A stretch of DNA of 31,982 bases from a virus (Duplodnaviria; Caudoviricetes). The first letter of the stretch is position 1. Each line of letters begins with the position of its first letter. The DNA lies in the IMG/VR virus record IMGVR_UViG_3300037484_000157, positions 1 to 31,982 of that record, one strand, 5' to 3'. A program made the translations under genes and the position numbers. The notes under the pieces are model-generated. The model did no database searches. It saw only the letters and a program-made list of their open reading frames with translations, and was not told where the DNA came from. Below are positions 24,395 through 31,982 of the stretch, in pieces.

Positions 24395-25661
24395 AGCCCA
24401 CCCCCTGGCGCGAGAGTTTCTGCATCGCCCCCGCCGCGGCGTCGAGCATGTCATCGTGGCCCTGCGGGATAGACTCAGCTTCGTCCAAGAATGGGCCGTT
24501 CCAGGGGCCACGCACCAGCCGGACGTTTCCTGCCTCGGCCTGGGCGGCCAGCGGGTCCATCCGTTCCAACTTGTTGCCGGTCACCTTGTCGCCCCGCACG
24601 TTCCAGCCGGAGAGCACGCGCCGGGTGTAGTTGTCGATCGTGTTGACGCCGGAGCTGCCCGGTTCCTGCTCGATCCAGACGGGGACGGCGCTCCCGTCCA
24701 GCTCGGCGCTCTGCCTGACCAGCGTCTCGACGCCGAGGGGACTGGCCCTGACGTGGCGCACGTCCTCGACGTAGTAGATGCCATCCTTGAGGCCGAGACG
24801 GACGCCGGCTGTCCAGTCGGGGTCGGAGCCCGGCTTCGGCTCGGTCGCGGCGAAGTCCCAGTAGCGGACGCGCTTGCAGTCGGCGGGCACGGCATCGACG
24901 ATGGGGAACCACTGGCGCTTGAACAGGTTACCCTCGGCGGGTAGCGGGTGCTGCTGATAGAGGCTCGCCCAGGCGCGGGAGCCGATGGCCTGCCGGATCC
25001 GGGCGAGCGCCTCAGCGTCGTACCTCTCACGCCAGAGGGGCTCGTCCAGACCGCGACCGAGCGGGTCGGCCCCCTCGGCGAGGGCAGGCAGACTGAGCAC
25101 GTCCCATCGCTCGCCACCCTGTTGCATCTGGGCGAGCAGCCGCCCGGCGAGGTCGTCCTGGTGCCACCGCGTCATGACGAGCACGGCGGCACCGCCCGGC
25201 TCGAGCCGGGTGTAGGCCGTAGTACGCCACCACTCCCAGGCGCGGTCGCGGAAGGTGGGCGAGTCGGCTTCCTCAGCGTTCTTGACCGGATCGTCCACGA
25301 TCAGGAGGTCAGCGCCGCGACCGGTGATCGGGCCACCGACGCCGGCGGTCACCATCCCACCGCCCACGGTGGTATCCCAGCGGAAGGCCGCCGCGCTGTC
25401 GTCGGATACCCGGACGGAAAGACGCTCGGCGTTCTCGGTGATCGAGTTGCGGACCTTCCGGCCCCAGGAGGCGGCGAAGTCGGCCTCGTAGGATGAGAGG
25501 ATGACGCGCTTCTGAGGCCAGCGTTCGAGGAACCAGACCGGCAGCCAGTGGGAGACGAGCTCGGACTTGCCGTGGCGAGGCGGCATCTCGACCATCAGGC
25601 GTCCACCCTGGCGAACCGTGTCCAGCAGGGCCTCAGACAGTCGGTCGAGGTGCGGAGCCAT
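24387..25661 (-). CDS. terL: Terminase large subunit
   Basis: Walker A MPPRHGKS, ITGRGADLLIVDDP (Walker B), MTRWHQDDLAG, nuclease YWDFA..HDDMLDA; ATG 25661 has a GAGGGG RBS. Confidence 0.96.
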   Translation of the reverse strand: MAPHLDRLSEALLDTVRQGGRLMVEMPPRHGKSELVSHWLPVWFLERWPQKRVILSSYEADFAASWGRKVRNSITENAERLSVRVSDDSAAAFRWDTTVGGGMVTAGVGGPITGRGADLLIVDDPVKNAEEADSPTFRDRAWEWWRTTAYTRLEPGGAAVLVMTRWHQDDLAGRLLAQMQQGGERWDVLSLPALAEGADPLGRGLDEPLWRERYDAEALARIRQAIGSRAWASLYQQHPLPAEGNLFKRQWFPIVDAVPADCKRVRYWDFAATEPKPGSDPDWTAGVRLGLKDGIYYVEDVRHVRASPLGVETLVRQSAELDGSAVPVWIEQEPGSSGVNTIDNYTRRVLSGWNVRGDKVTGNKLERMDPLAAQAEAGNVRLVRGPWNGPFLDEAESIPQGHDDMLDAAAGAMQKLSRQGVGFG

Positions 25662-25674
25662 CAGCCAGCGCCCC

Positions 25675-26082
25675 TCACTGAGCAGGATCGCCAGAGCCGC
25701 CGGCGTTGCCGGCGTGAGGCGCTTCGTCGTCGGACTGGAGAGCCTCGAGAAGTCGAATGGCTTTGTCCGTAAGGACGCCGTGCAACACAGCGGCTTCGCT
25801 GGCTGGTTGTGCCTTGAGCCAGACCGTGTCCCGGAACTGTTCGGCCTGAACCGCCAGCGTGGTGAGATTCTCCCGGAGGTAGCGAGCAATCAGGTCTCCA
25901 AACTCTTCCGCTTTTTGCTGGTCAACCTTGGGTGAACCGATGCCGAGGGAGGCCCGCCAAGCCTTGACCGTGTTACGACTGAGTTGGAATTGCCGAGCCA
26001 CATCGCTGACTGACTGACCGGCGAGGAGCGCCGACATGACTGCTGCCTTTGTCTGGTCATCATGGGGCACTCCCCTGGCCAT
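25675..26082 (-). CDS. terS: Terminase small subunit (N-terminal HTH)
   Basis: GQSVSDVARQFQLSRNTVKAW HTH then a helical region; directly upstream of terL. Confidence 0.8.
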   Translation of the reverse strand: MARGVPHDDQTKAAVMSALLAGQSVSDVARQFQLSRNTVKAWRASLGIGSPKVDQQKAEEFGDLIARYLRENLTTLAVQAEQFRDTVWLKAQPASEAAVLHGVLTDKAIRLLEALQSDDEAPHAGNAGGSGDPAQ

Positions 26083-26083
26083 C

Positions 26084-26332
26084 TCAGCCTCTCATCCGCG
26101 AGAGCCGGCGGAGCCTACCGTTGTGACACCGCCGGCTCCCGGCCCGCAGCCGTCTGGCGTGACTGCGGGTAGGCGACTGGCCCGAGCCGCCTCGATCGGG
26201 CTGGGCTAGCGCTGGGATCTCGCCGCCCTGGCCGACGACCCACTCAGTCATCCGGTCAAGCACATCCACCGAGCCGAGGATAGTCTCGCCCTCGTGCAGG
26301 GTTGGCACCTTCGCCGAGTAGATCATCCTCAC
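26084..26332 (-). CDS. Hypothetical protein (~82 aa)
   Basis: GGGGAG RBS before GTG 26332/ATG 26326; stop abuts the terS start; Arg-rich tail of doubtful quality. Confidence 0.45.
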   Translation of the reverse strand: MRMIYSAKVPTLHEGETILGSVDVLDRMTEWVVGQGGEIPALAQPDRGGSGQSPTRSHARRLRAGSRRCHNGRLRRLSRMRG

Positions 26333-26343
26333 GCTCTCCCCAC

Positions 26344-26374
26344 AAACGAAGAACGCTGGTCGCAGAGACCAGCG
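26344..26374 (-). terminator. Putative intrinsic terminator between the LuxR-type gene and the packaging module
   Basis: Minus strand CGCUGGUC-UCUGC-GACCAGCG followed by UUCUUCGUUU. Confidence 0.7.
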
Positions 26375-26417
26375 CAAGACACGCGACGACAGGCCCAGCA
26401 GGCTGGCCCTACCGCCG

Positions 26418-26705
26418 TCAGTATCCGCCTATTGACGTAGAAGCAATACACCCAAATGGCTGTTCTTTGTTGTTATCCTTGGGTGTGATAGGTGTGAGGG
26501 GCAAGAAGCCAAGCCGGATAGCCCGAATCACGGCTTGTGTGCGATCCTCAGCGCGCAACTTGTCGTAGACAGAGCCGAGGCGATCCTTGACCGTGTTGAC
26601 TGAAATGCTGAGGGTCTCGGCAATCTCTTTGTTGCCATAGCCCTCGGCGACGAGGGCGAGCACGTCGATCTCACGCTGGCTCAGGGCTACGACGTATGGG
26701 GGCAT
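26418..26705 (-). CDS. Stand-alone LuxR/GerE-type HTH transcriptional regulator
   Basis: LSQREIDVLALVAEGYGNKEIAETLSISVNTVK..L.SVYDKL...DRTQAV. Confidence 0.93.
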   Translation of the reverse strand: MPPYVVALSQREIDVLALVAEGYGNKEIAETLSISVNTVKDRLGSVYDKLRAEDRTQAVIRAIRLGFLPLTPITPKDNNKEQPFGCIASTSIGGY

Positions 26706-26709
26706 CCTG

Positions 26710-26988
26710 TCACCCTCCTCTCAGCACCACCACGAACAGCCACGCCGCCAGGTCCCACAGACGCCACACGCCGAGAATCATCAGCCCTCCCGCGATCAGC
26801 ATCGGCCAGAGGCTCCGCTCCTCAGCCTTCGGCGCCAGCCCCCTCGGCGGGAGTCTCCGGAACGCCACGCCCGACTGAGCGTTCGCCTCCATGCACCAGC
26901 CGGCGAGGGGGTCGTCGATCGCGAGGTCGTCGGTAGGGCGGATGTAGCGAAGGCCGACCAGAGAGAGTTTCATCCAGGGGCCGGTCAT
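26710..26988 (-). CDS. Hypothetical membrane protein (92 aa)
   Basis: ATGA overlap at 26985-26988; hydrophobic C-terminal segment LWPMLIAGGLMILGVW..LAAWLFVVVL. Confidence 0.55.
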   Translation of the reverse strand: MTGPWMKLSLVGLRYIRPTDDLAIDDPLAGWCMEANAQSGVAFRRLPPRGLAPKAEERSLWPMLIAGGLMILGVWRLWDLAAWLFVVVLRGG

Positions 26989-27335
26989 ACGGCCCTCCAC
27001 TCAAGCACTTCCTCATCCGTCGCGTCGTGCAGCCACGCAGCCACGAGCCCTCTGTGACAGCGCTTGCGGTCCTTCTCCCAGCAGAGCAAGATGGAGTCCC
27101 AGCCGAGGTAGTCGCCGATCTGCATTGGGTCCAGTCGGTCGAGCACCTGCTCGCGGTAAAGCGTCCTGTACAGGTACCACGACAGGCGACCCGCCTTATA
27201 CTCTGCCAATAGCTCTCTCGATGGTGCCAAGGCCAAGCAGGTCCGCCCCTTCCAGCCAGGCGGCACGCCCCTACTGATCGCCACGCAGCGGTCCAGCGGC
27301 AGCCCGGGCTTGCGGAAGCAGGATGTCTGGATCAC
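26985..27335 (-). CDS. DUF488-like protein
   Basis: TSCF, VAISRGVP, LAPSRELL, ILLCWEK...CHRGLVAAWL motifs. Confidence 0.8.
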   Translation of the reverse strand: MIQTSCFRKPGLPLDRCVAISRGVPPGWKGRTCLALAPSRELLAEYKAGRLSWYLYRTLYREQVLDRLDPMQIGDYLGWDSILLCWEKDRKRCHRGLVAAWLHDATDEEVLEWRAV

Positions 27336-27892
27336 GCTCGCACCACCTCCGCGAGCTGCTGCCGGACCATCGCCTCAACGTCGGGCGGGACTTGCCACAA
27401 GCCGAGGGCGCCACGGCAGGGGACCGGCGTGGGAAGCTGCCTCACATCCTCCAGGAGCCAGGCGTAACGGCCAGGCGAATAATCGCCGAAGGCGCACTCA
27501 GTCTCCGGGATCTCGAGGAAGGTCCGCCGGACGTCGATCACCCACTGGTACGGCGCAGGTTGCCTCGCCAGTTGCTGCGATGTGACCTCCTCAGTCGAGA
27601 TGCACCCGACGAGCTGGGCCACCGCGACAATCGCGCCGAGTGGCAGCGCTGCCCAGTCGGCCCCTCTTCCCCTGCTACCGTCAGTCCAGAGAGTCTCCGG
27701 CACTCCGCCGGCGACGAGGGCCGAGGCGAAGGGCTCCCTGAGGCAGAGGATCCGATCGACGACCGGGAAGCGCGCCGAGGCGTGAATCGCCAGCTCGCCG
27801 CGGTACGACGTCGGCCAGCTCCTGGTTTCGATGCGCTTCTGCCCGAGGCTGACGAGCGAAGCCCACGGCTGCGTCAGGCTGAGCGCCTTCAC
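27332..27892 (-). CDS. ASCH domain protein
   Basis: KALSLTQPWASLV..GQKRIETRSW...YRGELAIHA; FGDYSPGRYAW; RGALGLW. Confidence 0.92.
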   Translation of the reverse strand: MKALSLTQPWASLVSLGQKRIETRSWPTSYRGELAIHASARFPVVDRILCLREPFASALVAGGVPETLWTDGSRGRGADWAALPLGAIVAVAQLVGCISTEEVTSQQLARQPAPYQWVIDVRRTFLEIPETECAFGDYSPGRYAWLLEDVRQLPTPVPCRGALGLWQVPPDVEAMVRQQLAEVVRA

Positions 27893-28671
27893 GCCTTCAC
27901 CTCCTTCCCGTTCGCCGTCCCTGCCCTCAGCGCCGCCAGCCCCGCCCCCAGCCGCTTCGAGGCCTCCTGCTGCGCCGCCTCGGCCTCGGTCACCTGGATG
28001 CAGAGATTGCGCTCAGCCGCAATGGCGAGCTGCCACTGGGCGTGCAGCTTGAGGTAGCGCGACGTCGCCGCCGTGTGGGCCTCCAGGAGCTGCGCGAGAG
28101 TGGGCGCCGGCGCGGCTTTGGTCTCGAGGCGCGGCAGCCCTTTCCAGGGGTGATCGGGTGCCGGCTTGTGGCCCTTGGCGGCAGAGGACTCGCCCTGCCG
28201 GAGCGTCGGCAGCTCGAGCCGGAAGGCCTCGACGGCGGCGCGCGGGAGGTAGTAGGTGTGGCCGCGCACGACCTTGCTCATCCGGCCCTTCGACAGGTGC
28301 CAGTGGACCGCCGACTGGCTGATGCCGAGGGCAGCCGCCGCCTCTTTCACGCTCAGCAACTCGTCGACACGGTCGGGTGGACGATGGGGGCCAGCCGTGA
28401 CGGCCTCCAACATCTCCACCACTGATGCCGGCGCGTATCCCGTTACATCGCTCACGCCCTCACCCTCCTCGCCTGTGGTCTGGTCACGACCACTCACGGC
28501 CTCAGAGTCGCCGGGGTCCTCGCAGGTCCAGCAGTGATGCTCCCCGAGGGCGAAGTACATCGGTCCGTGACCCTTGGGGCACCGCGGCGGCTCGCCGGGC
28601 TGCAGCGTGGTTGGCTCCCCAGGTCGCTGAGTGGTCTGGCTACGACCATCGACGACTGCAAACACGGGCAT
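27889..28671 (-). CDS. HTH (excisionase-like) DNA-binding protein with N-terminal Zn-ribbon-like motif
   Basis: LLSVKEAAAALGISQSAVHWHLSKG HTH; CPKGH..CWTC upstream; start uncertain (ATG 28671 chosen; an internal RBS+GTG near 28455 is also possible). Confidence 0.7.
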   Translation of the reverse strand: MPVFAVVDGRSQTTQRPGEPTTLQPGEPPRCPKGHGPMYFALGEHHCWTCEDPGDSEAVSGRDQTTGEEGEGVSDVTGYAPASVVEMLEAVTAGPHRPPDRVDELLSVKEAAAALGISQSAVHWHLSKGRMSKVVRGHTYYLPRAAVEAFRLELPTLRQGESSAAKGHKPAPDHPWKGLPRLETKAAPAPTLAQLLEAHTAATSRYLKLHAQWQLAIAAERNLCIQVTEAEAAQQEASKRLGAGLAALRAGTANGKEVKA

Positions 28672-28690
28672 TGCCCCCCCCGGTTCAGAT

Positions 28691-28903
28691 TCAGTCGGGC
28701 TCATAATCCGGCGGACCATCCTTGGCCGCGTCGTCGAGGATCGCCTCGGCCTGGTCCGCTGTCAGGTCGCAGCCGCACTCGACCTTCTCGATCTCCGGAA
28801 ACTCCCAGGAGCGGCTGTGCATCTCGTCGCCGTCGCTGTCGGAGTGCCAGCCGATTGTGATCGACTCGACCTGACCACAGCGAGGGCAGTCGTAGTACCT
28901 CAT
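28691..28903 (-). CDS. Small Cys-containing hypothetical protein (70 aa)
   Basis: ATGA overlap with the ParB-like stop: MRYYDCPRCG..VECGC..; only the C-terminal end of track ORF 28691..29653 is credible. Confidence 0.65.
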   Translation of the reverse strand: MRYYDCPRCGQVESITIGWHSDSDGDEMHSRSWEFPEIEKVECGCDLTADQAEAILDDAAKDGPPDYEPD

Positions 28904-30444
28904 GCTGGCGCCGTGTCGCCCAAGTAGAACTCCGATGCGTGCGTGCCGATCTGGCTGTAGTCCTTCAGCCGCCCGGCCTGCTCGGCGCGGAGGATCGCCT
29001 CGACGACCTTGGCGACGAGGGCCGCGGGCGGGAGCGCCGCGAGCGACAGCAGCACCTTCTGATGATTGATGGCCCAGTCGTGAGAGGAGACTCCCTGCAG
29101 GAGCGCCTCGCGCTCGGTTCCGCCGATCTCCCGCAGCGCGTAGAAGGCGAGGACGGCCAGCTCGCGCGAGGTGATCGGCGGGGGCTCGAGCGGCTCGAAG
29201 ATCTCTCCGGAGGACAACACGCAATCGCGGGTCGGCACCGGCGCCGCGATCCGCGCGACTGCCTCCGGAATCTCCCGCTTCAGCTTGTCGGCGACGTCGG
29301 CCTTGGTCGCCTTGTTCACCGCCCTCGTCGCCGCCGTCTCCAATCTGCGCCAGCACTTCACGTCGGTGCAGACGGGGACCTTGTTCCCGCCGTAGTCGAG
29401 GGCCTCGGCGTAGCAGGGACACTCGGTCAGCTTGCAGCCGGGCGGGACCTTGCCGTTGTAGATGCGGTGGTAGTCCATCGAATCGTTGCCGAGACTCTGC
29501 AGGGTCACCAGCTCGGGCCCGCCCGAGGCCTTCGCCTCCTCGACCTTCGCCGCGATCGCGCTGTCCCGGGCCGCGTGGGCCTCCAACTGCTTGCGCTCGT
29601 AGCCAGCGGGGTCGAGGCAGTAGCCGCCATGGTCGCTCCGGTAGTGCGGGCATTTGGGGCAGACGGCTTGCCAGTCGAAGGCCGCGCGGAAGTCGATGCG
29701 CCGCGTTAGCCCCGCCTGCTCGAGCTCCCAGGGGAAGACGATGCCGTCCTCGAGCTGCTTCGAGGTGTAGCGGCGGCTGAGCGCGAGCTCGGACAGCTTG
29801 CTCGCGATCGCCGGGTAGTCGCCGAAGCGCGCGAGGGCGACGCCGTGGGCCGCGGTCAACTCGCCCTGGCGGATCCGCTCGCGCACGTCCTCAGGCAGAT
29901 TCAGCAGCCGGAGACGGTTGGCCACCGCGGGCTGCGACTTGTGAACCCGCTCGGCGATCTCCCGCTCTTTCAGGCCGGTTTCCCGCAGCGCCTTATAGCC
30001 GGAGGCCTCCTCCAGAGGGTCGAGGTCCTCCCGCTGCAGGTTCTCGACCAGGGCGAGCTCGAGGGCCTCACGGGCGGTGATGCCCTCCAGGACTCGCACC
30101 GGCACCTTGTCCAGGCCGGCCAGCTTGGCCGCGCGGAGCCGCCTCTCGCCGGCGATCAGGGAGTAGAGCACGACCTTGGCCCGCGGCGAGGGCGCGTCCG
30201 GTGGCACCTCGCGCACGACCAGCGGCTCGAGGATACCGTGCTCGCGGATCGAGGCGGCGAGCTCGGCGAGGGCGCCCTCGTCGAAATGGCGCCTGGGATT
30301 CCGGCCGTCCACGGCGATCTCGTCGATCGCGCAGAAGTAGAAGTAGCTGTTCGGTTCATTCCGCGCGGAATCATCTGGGAGAGCCGGCGCGGGCTCAGGC
30401 TCCGGCGCCAGGACCTCCAGCAAGGATCGGGGCTCAGCGGCCAT
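28900..30444 (-). CDS. parB: ParB/Spo0J-family protein with long Cys-rich C-terminal extension
   Basis: NPRRHFD..L.ELAASIREHGILEPLVVR, LIAGERRLRAA, ALVENLQREDL.PLEEA, HTH; start reassigned to ATG 30444. Confidence 0.9.
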   Translation of the reverse strand: MAAEPRSLLEVLAPEPEPAPALPDDSARNEPNSYFYFCAIDEIAVDGRNPRRHFDEGALAELAASIREHGILEPLVVREVPPDAPSPRAKVVLYSLIAGERRLRAAKLAGLDKVPVRVLEGITAREALELALVENLQREDLDPLEEASGYKALRETGLKEREIAERVHKSQPAVANRLRLLNLPEDVRERIRQGELTAAHGVALARFGDYPAIASKLSELALSRRYTSKQLEDGIVFPWELEQAGLTRRIDFRAAFDWQAVCPKCPHYRSDHGGYCLDPAGYERKQLEAHAARDSAIAAKVEEAKASGGPELVTLQSLGNDSMDYHRIYNGKVPPGCKLTECPCYAEALDYGGNKVPVCTDVKCWRRLETAATRAVNKATKADVADKLKREIPEAVARIAAPVPTRDCVLSSGEIFEPLEPPPITSRELAVLAFYALREIGGTEREALLQGVSSHDWAINHQKVLLSLAALPPAALVAKVVEAILRAEQAGRLKDYSQIGTHASEFYLGDTAPA

Positions 30445-30883
30445 CGTCGTCCTCCTCCTCGTGGGCGCGGCGGTCGTCCTCGTCCAGCTCATCGTCGCAC
30501 TCGCCGCAGCGCCCGATCTCGTTGACCGCGCGATAGCGCCCGCAGGTGATGCAGGTGCCTCGCCGTTCCATCGGCTGCCCGTCGGCCCCCTCTGGCGCCT
30601 TGAGCTTCGGCAACTCCCAGCGCTGGGCTGGCTCGGGCTCGTTCTGCTTCGCCACCGCCCGCGCGATCTCCTCAGTCGTGGGAGTCAGCCGGTAGATCGA
30701 GCCGCCTCCGAAGAACTGCGTCGCCGTGGTGCCGTCTGCTCGCGGCAGGTCGATCCGTCCGAGCTTCGCGCCGAAGAGCTCCTCCTCGGTCACGAAGCCA
30801 GCCATCCGGACGTGCCCGAGGAGCTCCACGATGCACCACTCCCGGAAGCCGAGGGGCACCTCGGACCGTCGCTCGTCGATCAA
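30434..30883 (-). CDS. Conserved-looking phage hypothetical protein (149 aa)
   Basis: WCIVELLGH.RMAG.V.E..LGRIDLP..QFFGGGSIYRLTP; C-terminal CxxC..CxxC; ATGA-coupled. Confidence 0.75.
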   Translation of the reverse strand: MIDERRSEVPLGFREWCIVELLGHVRMAGFVTEEELFGAKLGRIDLPRADGTTATQFFGGGSIYRLTPTTEEIARAVAKQNEPEPAQRWELPKLKAPEGADGQPMERRGTCITCGRYRAVNEIGRCGECDDELDEDDRRAHEEEDDDGR

Positions 30884-31275
30884 CTCATCGCCTCCGCCAC
30901 TGGAATCGTCGCCTCCAGGCTACGATCTATCGTCTCGACCTCGACGTCGGCGTGGCCCTCGCCGCCGCCTGCGATCTTGCAGACTGTCAACTCGTCCACC
31001 CACTGGTCTCGCCGGCGGCTGACCAGCGCGTCGATCAGGAACTTGATCGGCCCATCGAGGTCGTAGCGGCGCAGATCGCCCGCCGGGTAGACCAGCGCGA
31101 TTGACACCTTGAGTGGCACCCTCGCCGGCGCGCGCCAGGGTCCCAACACCGCCGCGGCCGCGCTCTCCCAGCGCTCGAGCTCGAGGGTCTTCACCAGAGC
31201 CGGGTGGCCGCCGTGCAAGGCCAGCTTGTAGCCGTGGTTCGAGCTCGGAGGGAGAGGCAGCCGGAAGGTGGGCAT
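30880..31275 (-). CDS. rusA: RusA-like Holliday junction resolvase
   Basis: Start reassigned to ATG 31275: FRLPLPPSSNH..YDLDGPIKFLIDAL...DQWVDEL. Confidence 0.8.
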   Translation of the reverse strand: MPTFRLPLPPSSNHGYKLALHGGHPALVKTLELERWESAAAAVLGPWRAPARVPLKVSIALVYPAGDLRRYDLDGPIKFLIDALVSRRRDQWVDELTVCKIAGGGEGHADVEVETIDRSLEATIPVAEAMS

Positions 31276-31676
31276 CAGGCCACCTCCTCGCCGAGAACCG
31301 CTCGGCGCTCCAGGGCCAGGAGCTCCTCGAGCCGACTCTCCACCTCCGAGCGCGACAGCTCGAGCCCCAGGTACTTGAAGGCGTAGAATCCCGCCGCGAA
31401 CGGGCGGAACCATTCAGAGTGCTCGAAGATCCACGGCCGGTCCAGGTCCACCCTCGCCTGGATGTGGAGGTGGCATCTCTGGCACAAAGCCCAGAACGCC
31501 CACCAGTGAGTGAAGGGCTCATCCTTCGCCATCGTGCCGTGGTGGACAGTCAGGATGTGCCCCGACGCCCGGTCGTGGGCGTGGCCGCAGCGGACACAAC
31601 GCCAGCCGGCCTCCGCCTTGACCTGCGCCGCGAACTCCTTCCAGCCCGGCGGATACTCGCCGGATCCTCTACGCAT
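31275..31676 (-). CDS. HNH endonuclease-like protein
   Basis: YPPGW, AGWRCVRCG, ILTVHH, ALCQRCHL. Confidence 0.82.
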   Translation of the reverse strand: MRRGSGEYPPGWKEFAAQVKAEAGWRCVRCGHAHDRASGHILTVHHGTMAKDEPFTHWWAFWALCQRCHLHIQARVDLDRPWIFEHSEWFRPFAAGFYAFKYLGLELSRSEVESRLEELLALERRAVLGEEVA

Positions 31677-31685
31677 CAGTTCGCC

Positions 31686-31973
31686 TCATCCCAGGTCGGC
31701 GGCATCGCCAATCACCACCCCCCGATAGCTAGGCCGGTAGGCCCCCTCTTCGCCGTGCCCGAACAGCCGGACCAGCCGGTGGATCCGCAGCGGCCTCTCT
31801 GCCCGGTCCGGCCAGGCAAGCACCAGCGCGTCGACCAGGGCCGCGGCGTCGCCGGCGTGCAGGTGGAGGGTCAATCTGCCATTGGGCTCGTCCACGCTTA
31901 CTCTTCCGACGATCGGGCCCTCTTCGGGCAGGGGGCTCGCCAGAGGGCGACCCTCCCAGAATAACTGCTGCAT
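31686..31973 (-). CDS. Hypothetical protein (95 aa)
   Basis: Co-oriented ORF with ATG; no motif recognised. Confidence 0.55.
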   Translation of the reverse strand: MQQLFWEGRPLASPLPEEGPIVGRVSVDEPNGRLTLHLHAGDAAALVDALVLAWPDRAERPLRIHRLVRLFGHGEEGAYRPSYRGVVIGDAADLG

Positions 31974-31982
31974 CTCGGCCTC

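Larger units (their letters stand above)
1..31982 (-). mobile_element. Tailed phage/prophage genome segment (siphovirus-like morphogenesis operon plus upstream accessory genes)
   Basis: Canonical order terS-terL-portal-MuF-protease-MCP-neck-tail tube-chaperone-tape measure-tail tip, all co-oriented with abutting or overlapping stops and starts. No att site or integrase seen, so free phage versus prophage is undetermined. Confidence 0.97.

Noticed and set aside
25662-25889. Long terL N-terminal extension from TTG 25889, or a terS-terL frameshift
   Set aside because: ATG 25661 has a good RBS just after the terS stop and no slippery site was seen. The ~20 codons upstream (TPAALAILLSEGRW) do look protein-like, so the start remains slightly uncertain.
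26710-26988. Holin call for the small membrane protein
   Set aside because: No adjacent endolysin, and it lies outside the late operon; hydrophobicity alone is not enough.
1-31982. Numerous plus-strand and alternate-frame ORFs (e.g. 18995..19942, 18080..18928, 31113..31964, 28691..29653 N-terminal part)
   Set aside because: Shadow ORFs typical of high-GC DNA; they overlap motif-bearing minus-strand genes and have Arg/Pro/Ala-rich, motif-free translations.

Overview
A 32-kb piece of a high-GC, long-tailed (siphovirus-like, HK97-fold) phage or prophage. Every credible gene is on the minus strand. Read right to left: a regulatory/accessory block (HNH, RusA-like resolvase, ParB-like protein, HTH protein, ASCH, DUF488-like, LuxR-type regulator); terminase small and large subunits, portal, MuF-like minor head protein, four small ORFs, prohead protease, major capsid protein and a decoration-like protein; head-tail joining genes, a GIY-YIG endonuclease, tail tube, tail chaperone with a -1 frameshift, tape measure, distal tail, a large tail-tip protein and a truncated fibre-like gene. 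The standout is an 8-kb, nine-gene, translationally coupled cassette (10036-18041) between the capsid and neck genes. It encodes five glycosyltransferase-like domains (one apparently inactive and fused to a putative capsid-docking domain), four SAM methyltransferases and a radical SAM enzyme. Both the major capsid and tail tube proteins end in Gly-Ser. I infer a virion glycosylation system that builds a methylated, radical-SAM-tailored glycan. Also notable: a candidate +1 frameshift (CCC UUU CGU) fusing portal to MuF, an 84-aa mini-paralogue of the capsid N-arm, and terminator-like hairpins gating the late modules. Family calls come from motif recognition by eye, not database searches. The host cannot be assigned, and I saw no integrase, lysis, tRNA or CRISPR features.
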